Below, piece by piece: positions 37,611 to 47,309 of a stretch of DNA of 64,000 bases; position 1 is the first letter of the stretch, and each line of letters begins with the position of its first letter. The position numbers and the translations under genes were made by a program. The stretch covers positions 1,262 through 65,261 of the forward strand of contig JAFSLH010000025.1 in assembly GCA_017448545.1 (NCBI GenBank). Direction: 5' to 3'. The notes beneath the pieces were generated by a model. The model was not told the DNA's origin. It did not search any database and saw only the letters and a list, made by a program, of their open reading frames with translations. This DNA comes from Clostridia bacterium (GTDB lineage: Bacteria; Bacillota; Clostridia; Christensenellales; CAG-138).

Positions 37611-38342
37611 ATGTTTCATGTAACCGTCAAAGACACCTACGATGAGGTTTCCAAGGAAGCGTTCAAAGTCATGCACGAAGTTCTGACCGGCGACCATACC
37701 CCCGTGCTCGGCCTTGCGACCGGTTCGAGCCCCGTCGGCCTCTACAAGGAAATGATCCGCGATCACGAGGAAAACGGCACGAGCTACCGGGATATCATCA
37801 CGTTCAACCTCGATGAATACATCGGTCTGCCGCGCGACCATCGCGAGAGCTACTGGACGTTCATGCACGTGAACCTGTTCAACCACATCGACATTCCGGA
37901 CGAAAACGTGCACGTACCGCTCGGCTGCGGCAAGGATCCCGAAGCGGACTGCGCGGCGTATGAAGCGGAGCTTCAGAAGTACACGGTCGACGTGCAGGTG
38001 CTCGGTATCGGCAGCGACGGTCACATCGCGTTCAACGAGCCCGGCTGCCCGTTTGACAGCGTGACGCATCTGATGGATCTGACCGAGCAGACCCGCCGCG
38101 ACAACGCCCGGTTCTTCGACGGCGACATCAATCAGGTTCCGACGAAGGCCGCGACGATGGGCCTTGCGAGCATTATGCGCGCGAAGAAGATCATCATGAT
38201 CGCGACCGGCGCGAACAAGGCGGACGCCGTTAAGGGCATGATCGACGGCCCGAAGACCGTGGATTGCCCGGCAAGCATCCTGCAGGATCACCCCGAGGTC
38301 TACGTCTTCCTCGACAAGGAAGCGGCCTCGAAGCTCGCGTAA
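37611..38342 (+). CDS. nagB: Glucosamine-6-phosphate deaminase
   Basis: VLGLATGSSP, FNLDEYIGL, LGIG.DGHIAFNEPG, PASILQ.H. Confidence 0.96.
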   Translation: MFHVTVKDTYDEVSKEAFKVMHEVLTGDHTPVLGLATGSSPVGLYKEMIRDHEENGTSYRDIITFNLDEYIGLPRDHRESYWTFMHVNLFNHIDIPDENVHVPLGCGKDPEADCAAYEAELQKYTVDVQVLGIGSDGHIAFNEPGCPFDSVTHLMDLTEQTRRDNARFFDGDINQVPTKAATMGLASIMRAKKIIMIATGANKADAVKGMIDGPKTVDCPASILQDHPEVYVFLDKEAASKLA

Positions 38343-38359
38343 AACAGTTCCAAAAATCA

Positions 38360-38400
38360 AACAGGCGGTGCAGTTTGAAGCTGCACCGCCTTGCTGTTTT
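38360..38400. terminator. Intrinsic terminator after nagB
   Basis: AGGCGGTGCAG..CTGCACCGCCT hairpin. Confidence 0.75.
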
Positions 38401-38477
38401 CCTCCATTTTCCTGTTTCCGGAGCGCTTTGCGGACTGGCTTCGGGCCCCCGGTCATACGGTTCCACGGGGTTTCGCC

Positions 38478-38886
38478 TTATTTCTGTTCTCCATCCCCTG
38501 CCGGGGTCGGTCGGTTCCGCTCCGCTGCGAACGGGCAATCCTCGAAGAATTCCCGGTCGGCGTCGGCCAACAGCGAAAGCAATTCCAAAATCTCCTCGCG
38601 GAGCGCGTCGTTATTAAGTCCCGCGCGGAAGAAACAGACCTGCGGCCAGCCCGCGACGAGCGCAATCCAGGTATAGTACGGCAGCGCGGCAAAGCCGCAG
38701 CACCCACTTGTTGTCGACGATATAGTGCAGCCGCACGTCGGTCTCCGAAAACGACGTGTCGATCAGCCGGATTTGTTCGCCCGCAGAACCGTAGTCCGCC
38801 AGCAGCGCGCGAATATCGTCCCCCGTCGGCGCGCGCAGCTCTTTCGGGAAAAACTTCCCCGGTGTCAGATTCGCCTGTTCCGCCAT
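38478..38886 (-). pseudogene. Probable internally deleted, frameshifted phosphotransferase (APH/kinase-like) gene
   Basis: GAGGAGG RBS, N-terminus ..LHYIVDNKWVLRLC joined out of frame to a plausible C-terminus ALPYYTWIALVAGWPQ..GDGEQK*. Confidence 0.55.
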
Positions 38887-39017
38887 GCGCCCCCTCCTCT
38901 TTGTCTGTTCGAATTTGATTATATACAATACTGCCGAAAAATGCAACAAAAACCGCCTCTGCAGGGCAGCAAAAGCGGCTTGGAGCGTTTCTTCTGCATT
39001 GGGCGACAGCCCCTTGG

Positions 39018-39545
39018 TTACTCGCGCATCAGACCGACGGCTTCCTCGACCGTGACCGATTCCACAAGCTCTTCCCAAACGTCCTCGTTGTAATACCGGA
39101 CGGTGGTTTCGGCGGTCATGTAGTTATTGTCGAAGGTGGAATTGGTCCCCTCGGGGATGATGACCGTATAGCCGCGCTCGAATGCGGATTTGACGGTCGC
39201 GTCGATGCAGTAGTTCGTCTGCAGACCGATGATCATCAGCCGCTTGTCCTTGTCGCGATGCTTCTTCAGGTACTTCTTCAGCTCCTTGTTGCCGAACGCG
39301 CTGTTGATCGTCTTGACAAATACCTTTTCGCCCGGCGCGGGGCGCACCGCGTCGGCAATTTCAAAGCCCTCGTCTCCGGCGGACAGACCGCTGCCGGGGC
39401 CCGCGTCGTGCTGCACATAGACGACCTCCACGCCGTTCTTGCGGGCGGCCTCGATCAGTCGAACGGCGCCGTCCACCAGCGCGCCGTAGCCGTACATCGC
39501 CTCGTCCAACAGAATTTTCTGCATATCCACAACCAATAAGATCAT
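39018..39545 (-). CDS. Isochorismatase-like cysteine hydrolase
   Basis: LLVVDMQ, YVQH, K..NSAF, GLQTNYCIDAT. Confidence 0.92.
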   Translation of the reverse strand: MILLVVDMQKILLDEAMYGYGALVDGAVRLIEAARKNGVEVVYVQHDAGPGSGLSAGDEGFEIADAVRPAPGEKVFVKTINSAFGNKELKKYLKKHRDKDKRLMIIGLQTNYCIDATVKSAFERGYTVIIPEGTNSTFDNNYMTAETTVRYYNEDVWEELVESVTVEEAVGLMRE

Positions 39546-39749
39546 ACCGTACTTCCTCCGTTCCTGATCTCGTCCGCGTCCGGACGTGTTTCTGAAAGCA
39601 GTATACCATGCTCCGGCAAAGAAAACAACCGGAATTGCTTTGCAAAGCCGGAATTACTGTTCCTTTTGCGCGACGACGACCGTATAGCCTCCGTCGCCGG
39701 ATCCCCCGCCGAAGAAACGACTTTGTCCCATTGCACGGCAGGGAGGGCG

Positions 39750-39842
39750 TCACAGCGCGTCTTTGGGGCAGTTTTTGACGCACTCCATGGCGATCGCTTC
39801 AAAGACCGCCAGCAACAGAATCGGCAACAGGTATTTTTTCAC
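39750..39842 (-). pseudogene. 30-codon remnant of a membrane 4Fe-4S binding protein
   Basis: GGAGG RBS, GTG; VKKYLLPILLLAVFEAIA fused directly to MECVKNCPKDAL* (end of a CxxCxxCxxxCP motif). Confidence 0.55.
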
Positions 39843-39876
39843 GTTTGCCTCCGTTCGTTCGGGAGAAAAGAAAGAA

Positions 39877-39939
39877 CGAGTGGTGATACCGGAATCCGGT
39901 ATCACCACTCGACTTGGTACGAGTGTTGATAACGGACTT
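39877..39939. repeat. Left att site with three copies of a 17-bp arm
   Basis: CGAGTGGTGATACCGGA-A-TCCGGTATCACCACTCG-ACTTGGTA-CGAGTGTTGATAACGGA. Confidence 0.8.
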
Positions 39940-39988
39940 AGTTAAAATGATGGAAGGACAGTCGCATACACATTCCAAAGATTAGTGT

Positions 39989-41248
39989 TCATACATTAAA
40001 ATCATCAATCGCTTTAATCATCTCTTCACAGTCTTTATATCGGTTTTCTATTTTCATGGAGAGTGATTTCATTATCTTCCCAATCTGCACTTCAGTTAGA
40101 TTTGAATTGCTTTCTCTGAGATATGCTTCCGGATCTCCTCCTGTTGGGGCTTTGCCACAAAGGAGAAAATACATAATTGCCCCTACAGAATAAATATCCG
40201 ATCTGGCATCCCTCATTTGTGGATCATCAAACAGTAATGGATCTATATACGACCCTCCTGCAATATGTTCCCCTGTTCTTGTAAGCTTTGAATATCTGTC
40301 CGCATTTATAAATGCGCTGATACCAAAGTCGATTATTTTGCATGTCCATTTCTTTCCAGTTTTTTCGACCATAATATTGCTCGGTTTCAAGTCTCTATGA
40401 ATAATCCCAATTTTATGTGCATGTTCTAACCCCGCAAGGACCTGTTTCATTGCCCTTGATGCAGCATCATACGTAAAATTACCTCGATCAGTACGAACTT
40501 TCTCAAGCGTTGTACCATTAACATACTCCATTTTAATATAGGGATTCCCATTTTTGCGCCCTACATCATATATCCTGACAATATTAGGGTGATTAAGTTT
40601 AAAAAGCATAGAAGCTTCTCGGAAAAAGCGTTTCTCGTTTATAATACGATCTTCATCTGAAACGAACTGTGGTTCAAAAAACTTTACAGCAAAGTCTAAA
40701 TCAATAATCGGGTGATGGAATTTATAAACTGATCCGAAACCTCCTTGATCTATGAATTCTCCGTCATTTGAAAGAAGAGCGCTTTCTCCAAATGAAATCA
40801 CATTATTAGACGGTAAAAAGATCGGTTTAATGAAATATAAGGTCACTTTTTCCCGTCCCGGAGGGATAGAACTTCCCCCACTTGAAGAAAGCCATTTGCT
40901 ACAGTCAGATATAATAGTTTCATAGTACTCATCTATAGTAAAGGCATATTTTGTTTCTCTCAAATTGTTTTCAAGGTCACGAATTACTTCTATAACCTTT
41001 AACAGTGCTCTACTAGGCTCTGCCCAAAAATGAGCAGATGTTTCTCCCGTAGGTAATCTTTCGTTCATGGTTTTGCATAAATCTACGATTTCGCAATGAA
41101 GTATGGTCAGCATTTCCCTAAGTCCTTGATGTGGAAACGAAGAGCTTGCATACAAAGAGCGAATCTTGTCATCACATGCACTATATGTTTCATGGCTAAA
41201 GTTCTGACGAAACACGCTTTCTAAATAATTCTCAACATCGATATTCAT
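39989..41248 (-). CDS. Hanks-type Ser/Thr protein kinase with N-terminal helical domain, no TM
   Basis: GGFGSVY, AVK, RFFREA, HPNIV, HRDLKPSN, DFG, SDIYSVG; AT-rich. Confidence 0.9.
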   Translation of the reverse strand: MNIDVENYLESVFRQNFSHETYSACDDKIRSLYASSSFPHQGLREMLTILHCEIVDLCKTMNERLPTGETSAHFWAEPSRALLKVIEVIRDLENNLRETKYAFTIDEYYETIISDCSKWLSSSGGSSIPPGREKVTLYFIKPIFLPSNNVISFGESALLSNDGEFIDQGGFGSVYKFHHPIIDLDFAVKFFEPQFVSDEDRIINEKRFFREASMLFKLNHPNIVRIYDVGRKNGNPYIKMEYVNGTTLEKVRTDRGNFTYDAASRAMKQVLAGLEHAHKIGIIHRDLKPSNIMVEKTGKKWTCKIIDFGISAFINADRYSKLTRTGEHIAGGSYIDPLLFDDPQMRDARSDIYSVGAIMYFLLCGKAPTGGDPEAYLRESNSNLTEVQIGKIMKSLSMKIENRYKDCEEMIKAIDDFNV

Positions 41249-41405
41249 TATAAATCCTCTGCTCTTACCTGAAAAAAATACCATTAAAATTATATCACGG
41301 AGAAAGAAAATAAAAAAGCCTATTCCCTATATTCATTTTCGCACATTCGCCTTTTCCGTTTGCTTTTGCTATGCTGAAAATAGAAAAATACAAGGAGGTG
41401 CGAAT

Positions 41406-41780
41406 ATGGAAAAGTATGTTGTGGATGAGCGGAATGGATTGGAGTATGAACTGGTCGGGGATTATTACATCGTTGCCGGTGAGGATGAACCGCCGGCGCG
41501 GCCGATCGGGATTTGGGGCGCGATGCGTCGGGACTATCTGAAGCAGCATCGGCAGAATGTGTACTATGGGTTGCTGTTTTCCGGGAAGCTGAACGATCAC
41601 CTTGCCGACATCGAAGAACAGGCGCAGGAAATGATGTGGACGCTACCAAAGCAAATGGCAAAAGCCGAAGGTGTTACCGAAGAGTTGAAGCGCAAGGATC
41701 AAATGGCATGGGTCGGCGCGATGAATAACATTCAGGCTCGGGTGCGAGAAATCATAAGCAACGAACTGATCTATAGCTGA
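41406..41780 (+). CDS. tnpV: TnpV family protein
   Basis: DERNGLEYELVGDYY, IGIWG, GKL..HLADI, EGVTEELK..DQMAWVG.MNNI. Confidence 0.9.
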   Translation: MEKYVVDERNGLEYELVGDYYIVAGEDEPPARPIGIWGAMRRDYLKQHRQNVYYGLLFSGKLNDHLADIEEQAQEMMWTLPKQMAKAEGVTEELKRKDQMAWVGAMNNIQARVREIISNELIYS

Positions 41781-41787
41781 ACGCAGA

Positions 41788-41820
41788 ATAGCCGCCGAGA
41801 TGATCCCGGCGGCTGTTTCT
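41788..41820. terminator. Terminator after tnpV
   Basis: ATAGCCGCCG..CGGCGGCTGT hairpin. Confidence 0.65.
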
Positions 41821-41832
41821 ATGCTCAATCAG

Positions 41833-41929
41833 TTATTTCATCCGCAGTAGGCGCGAGAAGCGAGCGATGACGATGATGGCGACAAGGATGACGGCAAAGG
41901 GAGATCCGCCACTGCGAAAGGGTTTGCTG
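41833..41929 (-). pseudogene. Remnant 3' end of a paralogue of the 44786-46636 gene
   Basis: QQTLSQWRISL / AVILVAIIVIARFSRLLRMK* versus QQTLSQWWISL..IAVIVIARFARLLRMK*. Confidence 0.8.
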
Positions 41930-41938
41930 CCCGACGAT

Positions 41939-43300
41939 TCACCCGACATGCAGATAGCTGCCGTCGATCGCGTTGATCAACATGAGCTTTTCATGTCCCT
42001 TCACCTTTTCGGAGCGGCTGTCATTATAGACGACGACCCACGCAGGTACGAGCGCTGCTTCATCGGGATCGTTCGGGATCCGTTCGATCGCACAGGAGAG
42101 AATGATTTTGCTGACGTGCAGTTCGGTAATACCGCGGCTGTCTTCATCCGTCCACGCGTAGGAGTAGCGAAGATCGTCCCGGATATGCGATTGAATCTCA
42201 GAAAAAGGCATCAGCTGTACGTTTTCGCTCGCTTCCGCTACAAGCTCGTTCGGATCAAACCAGCCGACGTATCCGACGCCGTTTTCCGAAACATAGAGTT
42301 CGAACCAGTCCTGACTCCATTCTTGCGCAAAGCTTTCTTCGGTCGGCATCTCAAACAGCGCGCTGCGTTGATCCTCCATATAGACGCCGCCGCCCTGCGG
42401 GAACGGTACGTAACCGCCGCCGTTTCGGGAGATACGCAGAAGGTATCCTTCCGAAAGGACCTGATAATACGGATCCTCCACGATCGCGCGGGCGATCCGT
42501 CCTTTTTCCATGAGGCCGATGCCGAACTGTCGGGACAGCCCCGCGCGGTCCAGCACGGCAGCCGCCTTCTCTTTGGCTTCTTCCTCCGTGACCGTAATAT
42601 GATCGAGCGTTCTATGCCACGGTTCGCCGATAAATCCGCCGCTCCAGACGGTATGCTCATCCTGCACCTGCCCGTTCCGCGCGGTCTGAACCTGAATGGC
42701 ACTCTTTTGGAAAGACAGGTATAAGAGCGTTCCGTCTTCCGTACGGATCACGTACGGTTCGCTGCGCGTACTCAGCTTTGCGGGATCAAATGGCACAAAT
42801 GTATCCTCGACGGGACATTGCGCCATCATCGTCCTTAATTCGGTCAACCGTTCCGTGTCTTCGATCAGCGGTTCAAATGTGACCTCGCCGGTCTCATCGT
42901 CCCAATCAACCACGTTTCCGCGCAGCTCAAAGCGGATATCCTCCTCGAGCTCCACCATGCTGTACGTGTTCTCACGAAGCTCGAACGGCCCCGTGAAGCA
43001 GGCGTTCAAAAGTGTCTGTACATCCTCGCCGGTGAATGTATGCCGTTGGATCGTCTGCAAAGGATACCGATCCGTCTCCGGCAGCACGACATCCGCGTCG
43101 ATCACAATGTTCAGATTTTTCATTTCGATCGTTTCATTCCAATGCTCCGGCGCTTCGTAGCGATACGCTTCCGCATCCCGCGCGGAAAGCGTGTCCTTGA
43201 TCGAATGGTCTGCCTTGTTTACGACAGCCTCCTGATCGGGCGTCGGCACGCAGGCACAGAGCAGTAAAAAAGAAAACAGAATCGTCAAAAGCCGTTTCAT
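41939..43300 (-). CDS. DUF6034-like lipoprotein, paralogue 3
   Basis: Lipobox LCAC, CVPTPDQEAVVNK, LVPAW, INAIDGS. Confidence 0.8.
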   Translation of the reverse strand: MKRLLTILFSFLLLCACVPTPDQEAVVNKADHSIKDTLSARDAEAYRYEAPEHWNETIEMKNLNIVIDADVVLPETDRYPLQTIQRHTFTGEDVQTLLNACFTGPFELRENTYSMVELEEDIRFELRGNVVDWDDETGEVTFEPLIEDTERLTELRTMMAQCPVEDTFVPFDPAKLSTRSEPYVIRTEDGTLLYLSFQKSAIQVQTARNGQVQDEHTVWSGGFIGEPWHRTLDHITVTEEEAKEKAAAVLDRAGLSRQFGIGLMEKGRIARAIVEDPYYQVLSEGYLLRISRNGGGYVPFPQGGGVYMEDQRSALFEMPTEESFAQEWSQDWFELYVSENGVGYVGWFDPNELVAEASENVQLMPFSEIQSHIRDDLRYSYAWTDEDSRGITELHVSKIILSCAIERIPNDPDEAALVPAWVVVYNDSRSEKVKGHEKLMLINAIDGSYLHVG

Positions 43301-44781
43301 TGTGCACCTCCTTGTGAAAATGATAATGCATCGGTGGAGATCGAAAACTCGGTCAGCGGTATAAGTGCATCGCACACGTATTCATGATTGGTTTCAATGT
43401 AGTACGGTTCGCCGGTTGTGAGATCGATCTCCTTGTCGCTGTTATCGAATCGGATCTTGGGGAAGTATTCGAGCCAGACCTTGAACGTCAGCTTCTGTTT
43501 CGGGATAGGATCGGAAAGAGAAAAATTCTTTTGGTCGTGAACGAGATACTGTTCCGTCAAACGCGAATCATCGTCCCCCATGCTGAGCCAACCGCTCGTA
43601 CTTTTGAAATATGGGCGCGATACCCTTCCGTTTCGGACCTGCTCACCATACGGCTCGCCGTCCGCATACGCTTCGATGCAAAGCCTCACATTCTTGATCA
43701 CTTCCTCAGACCAGGATTCCGGGTAGACGATATGCAGCGTATAGAAAAATCCGTGCTCCCAGTAATAGAATCGCTCGATATGAAATTCCAGTTCGGAAAA
43801 ATCGACTGTCTCGTTCCGATACGTGCCGTAGACCACAAACTCCCCGCCCTTCAAACGTCCGTCCGCACCGTAATGTCCGGCGGCTTTATTACGCTCGACG
43901 TCCTCCGTCCAGATCGTAACCTGCAGCATTTTCGGCTCGCACGCAGCTTCAGACATGTCCTCAGTATGCTCAATCGGCAATTGTACGGACAACGCAGGAA
44001 GCTCTGTGACGCCGATTGTACCGGGATAATATGCTTTCTCGGCTCCGTTGAATCGGACAACTTCGTCCTGCTCCAGATCAAGCTGCCCTCCGGGATGATC
44101 GTTGTAGTTGCTGCCGCCAAACATTTTCCGGAAACAGAAGAACGGTACGATCTTCCACTCATGCGCGGCGTGCATGACCGTGTCGGTCACGGTGTCGCTG
44201 CGATAGGTCATGGTAACGGAATTGCAGCGCGAGACGGCAAGCGCTTCGCTCATGATCGGAAACTGATCGACCAATCGGAAATCGTTCTGCGACTTTTCGT
44301 CCAGATAGAAGCGGAAGCCGAAGCACGGATTCATGGAAAGGCATTGGAGGTCCGTCCACTCGTCCGGCAAATCGAGCCGCAGCGTGAACTGCGTTCCGCT
44401 TTCGCCCGACGCAAAGCTTATGACTGTCATGCGAAGGTTCTGAAAGTTCACCGTTTCGTTGTAAAACTTCGTTTCGTACTGCTTTCCGGCACAGAGCTTT
44501 TCCCAGTCGATCTCCTTGATCGTGATTGGCAATTCGATCGGCTCAGTCTGCGCTTCGCTTGTCGTGCCGACATACGGATGCTGCGTTTGAGGCGCTTCGG
44601 CCGGTTCCAGCGCAGGACTTTCCGAAGGTTCGTTCGCCGCGATAGCCGTTGTGGCGGGGCGGTTCTCCGATTCAAGTACGATCTCCGATACAGGCAAAAC
44701 CGTATCGGGTGCTTTTTCGTTCAGCGGCATACAGCAGACAAATATTGCCGCTGTCAATAGAAGGCACAATACTCTTTTCAT
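43297..44781 (-). CDS. Hypothetical exported protein or lipoprotein with internal duplication
   Basis: Signal peptide ending VCC; two similar halves (YNETVNF..PDEWT and YRNETVDF..PESWS); coupled to neighbours. Confidence 0.7.
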   Translation of the reverse strand: MKRVLCLLLTAAIFVCCMPLNEKAPDTVLPVSEIVLESENRPATTAIAANEPSESPALEPAEAPQTQHPYVGTTSEAQTEPIELPITIKEIDWEKLCAGKQYETKFYNETVNFQNLRMTVISFASGESGTQFTLRLDLPDEWTDLQCLSMNPCFGFRFYLDEKSQNDFRLVDQFPIMSEALAVSRCNSVTMTYRSDTVTDTVMHAAHEWKIVPFFCFRKMFGGSNYNDHPGGQLDLEQDEVVRFNGAEKAYYPGTIGVTELPALSVQLPIEHTEDMSEAACEPKMLQVTIWTEDVERNKAAGHYGADGRLKGGEFVVYGTYRNETVDFSELEFHIERFYYWEHGFFYTLHIVYPESWSEEVIKNVRLCIEAYADGEPYGEQVRNGRVSRPYFKSTSGWLSMGDDDSRLTEQYLVHDQKNFSLSDPIPKQKLTFKVWLEYFPKIRFDNSDKEIDLTTGEPYYIETNHEYVCDALIPLTEFSISTDALSFSQGGAQ

Positions 44782-44785
44782 CCTG

Positions 44786-46636
44786 TTACTTCATCCTGAG
44801 CAGTCGTGCAAAGCGGGCGATCACGATGACGGCGATCAGGATAATGATGATCGCGATCGCGACAAGCAGAGAGATCCACCATTGCGACAGCGTCTGCTGC
44901 TCCTTTTGCGCCTGCTCCTGTTTGCGTTTTTCCTCGTCCGTCTGCTGCTGCGGCTCCAGAATCGAGCATCTCAGATCTTGAAACAGCATCTGCTGCTCAC
45001 CGTTTTCGTCCTCACAGGTCAGTTCAAAGCTGCCCCAGGTATCGCCGTATTTGCTGCTGCCGGACAGCGTCGTAACAAAGATGGACAGGTCCTTGACCGC
45101 GGAATCCTGCGGGTTGATATTGCCGAGATAGGCTGACGAACAGATCAGGCCGTCCACACGAAGCACACCGCGCACGTTATACAGCGGCGAAAAGCCGGTA
45201 TTGTAAACACAGATCGGCAGCACAAAGGTCTCGCCGCTTGTCAAGGTCTCAGGCAGCTTGATCGCGTCGTAGCCGATCGCCGCCTTTTGATAAACGGTCA
45301 GTTCATAGTGCGTGCTGTCCGAATACGTTCCGGTGCTTGCGGTATCCGCATAGGTGCAGAGGAAGTCCACCGCGTGCCGCCCCTCGCTTGCGGAGGGCAG
45401 CGCGCGCAGATCGAAGGTGACGGTCGTCGATTCACCATTTTTGAGTTCGCCGATCGTAACGGAATCCTGTATACCCTTTTTACGGATCGCTTCATCCGCC
45501 GAGGTATAACGAACGACAACATTTTTCGCGTCGCGCGTGCCTGTATTTTGAATCGTCAGCGTTGCGGTGAAGTCCTCTCCGCCGCTGACCACTTCGTTAT
45601 AGACGCACGAAACAATCTCCACCTTCGGCTGCGTGATCCGCACGCGATATTTGCCTTCTTCGCTGTACACGCCGCCGTAAGCGTCTTCGTAGGTGATATA
45701 TGTTTGCGCCACCACGTCACCCTCGGTTGCGCCGGGCGCGACCGACAACGTAAAGTCCGCATCGAACGTCCCGTTCACCGCAAGCAGCGCCAAAAACTGC
45801 GCGTTCAGATCGGATTGCAGCGTGAGCGCGTCACTTTCCGGCGCGACGGAAATGCGGATATTTTTTGCTTCGCGGTTGCCGACGTTCTTCACCGTGAGCC
45901 GGAAGGAAGCCGTGTCTCCGCCGGAAACCTCCGTCGGCGCGATCGTGCATGTCTCGACCAGAAGAACCGGCTTCCGCACCGCGGACTGTCCGCCGCTCCC
46001 GCCCGAGGACTGCGTTTTGCCGTCAGCAATCGTAAGCTGCACGGTAAACGTCTGCTGCGTCTGCGAACCGTCCTCCGAGACGTATTCAATCCGGAACGGG
46101 ATCGGATATGTGCCGTTGTAGCGCGTCGCATTCAGCGGCAGGTCGAGCCGCACCAGAAAGAGTTCGTGCGTCGAGCCGTCTGCTGCGACCGCCGCGCCCT
46201 TCTGAACATCGAACTGGTAATTGCCGTACAAGTACGGCCCGCCGGAGGAAAGTTCCGGCGTGACGCGAATGATTTGTCCGCGGGTATTGCCGACGAGCGG
46301 AAGCACGATCACGGCAGTGTTGTTCGCAACGGTCGGAAGATACCCCTTGCCGTAGCTTTTCTCCATGCCGTTATACACGTTGACCGTGTCGATCGAAAGC
46401 GCTTCCCCGATGATCGGCGTGTCTGCCGGCTCGTTGCCCGTTGTTCCGGGATCGGCAGGATCATCCGTCGTTCCGGGATCGGTCGGTTCATCCGTCGTTC
46501 CGGGATCGGTCGGATCGTCTGTCGTTTCCGTATCGGCTGGATCGTTCGGAGTGCTGTCCGTCCCCTCCGCGATCGCCAGCACCGGCGTCAGCGCCAGGAT
46601 CAATACCAACATCCATGCAAATACTTTCTGTTTCAT
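44786..46636 (-). CDS. COG1361/CARDB-like multi-Ig-domain surface protein with C-terminal TM anchor
   Basis: Signal peptide, TDDPTDPGT repeats, three [LV].N.G...A.N[IV] Ig-like repeats, C-terminal hydrophobic helix. Confidence 0.8.
   Translation of the reverse strand: MKQKVFAWMLVLILALTPVLAIAEGTDSTPNDPADTETTDDPTDPGTTDEPTDPGTTDDPADPGTTGNEPADTPIIGEALSIDTVNVYNGMEKSYGKGYLPTVANNTAVIVLPLVGNTRGQIIRVTPELSSGGPYLYGNYQFDVQKGAAVAADGSTHELFLVRLDLPLNATRYNGTYPIPFRIEYVSEDGSQTQQTFTVQLTIADGKTQSSGGSGGQSAVRKPVLLVETCTIAPTEVSGGDTASFRLTVKNVGNREAKNIRISVAPESDALTLQSDLNAQFLALLAVNGTFDADFTLSVAPGATEGDVVAQTYITYEDAYGGVYSEEGKYRVRITQPKVEIVSCVYNEVVSGGEDFTATLTIQNTGTRDAKNVVVRYTSADEAIRKKGIQDSVTIGELKNGESTTVTFDLRALPSASEGRHAVDFLCTYADTASTGTYSDSTHYELTVYQKAAIGYDAIKLPETLTSGETFVLPICVYNTGFSPLYNVRGVLRVDGLICSSAYLGNINPQDSAVKDLSIFVTTLSGSSKYGDTWGSFELTCEDENGEQQMLFQDLRCSILEPQQQTDEEKRKQEQAQKEQQTLSQWWISLLVAIAIIIILIAVIVIARFARLLRMK
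46440..46525. repeat. 27-bp coding tandem repeat (TD[DE]P[TA]DPGT)
   Basis: CCGTCGTTCCGGGATCGG.. about 3 copies. Confidence 0.8.
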
Positions 46637-46647
46637 ATCCTTTACCC

Positions 46648-47298
46648 TCAATTCCTGTTTAATAGCATTGTCATGACGCCTGCGTCCATCTCGCAAACCG
46701 TATCGCACAGGGCTTCGATGTCGGCGATGTTGTGGCTCGCAAGCAGGATGGTACGCCCGTCGGTGGCGAGCGATTTGAACAGATCGCGCATCTCGGCGAC
46801 GCCGTGCTTGTCGAGGCCGTTCATCGGCTCGTCTAGGATCATCAGCGACGGCTCCTCCATGATCGCCTGCGCAATGCCGAGCCGCTGCCGCATGCCGAGA
46901 CTGTACTTTCCGACAGGCTTAGAGCTCATCGGATCGAGCCCCACGCGGCGGATCGTGTCGGCAATCTGTTTCAGATTGATCTTGCGCTTCAGCGACGCGA
47001 GGATCTCGAGGTTCTTGAGCCCGGAAAGCTGCGGCAGAAAGCCCGGTGTTTCGATGATCAGCCCGATGTCCTCCGGAAAGTCGACGTCCTTTCCGATCTG
47101 CTTGCCGTTCACGAGCACCTTGCCGCTGGTTGGCTGCAGAAAGCCGCAGATGCACTTGAACATGACCGTCTTTCCGCTGCCGTTGTTGCCGACGACGCCG
47201 TGAATCTTGCCCGCCTCGAAATTGCGGTTGATGCCCTTCAAAACCGTGTCCTGCCCGAACACCTTGATAAGATCGTGTACTTCAATTGCGTTTGTCAT
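46648..47298 (-). CDS. ABC-2 type exporter ATP-binding protein
   Basis: GNNGSGKT, YSLGMRQRL, LDEPMNGLD, ASH. Confidence 0.92.
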   Translation of the reverse strand: MTNAIEVHDLIKVFGQDTVLKGINRNFEAGKIHGVVGNNGSGKTVMFKCICGFLQPTSGKVLVNGKQIGKDVDFPEDIGLIIETPGFLPQLSGLKNLEILASLKRKINLKQIADTIRRVGLDPMSSKPVGKYSLGMRQRLGIAQAIMEEPSLMILDEPMNGLDKHGVAEMRDLFKSLATDGRTILLASHNIADIEALCDTVCEMDAGVMTMLLNRN

Positions 47299-47309
47299 AG
47301 ATACTCTCC

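Noticed and set aside
39912-39930. TGGTACGAGTG as the 3' end of a tRNA target
   Set aside because: No T-loop or cloverleaf adjacent; better explained as an att arm
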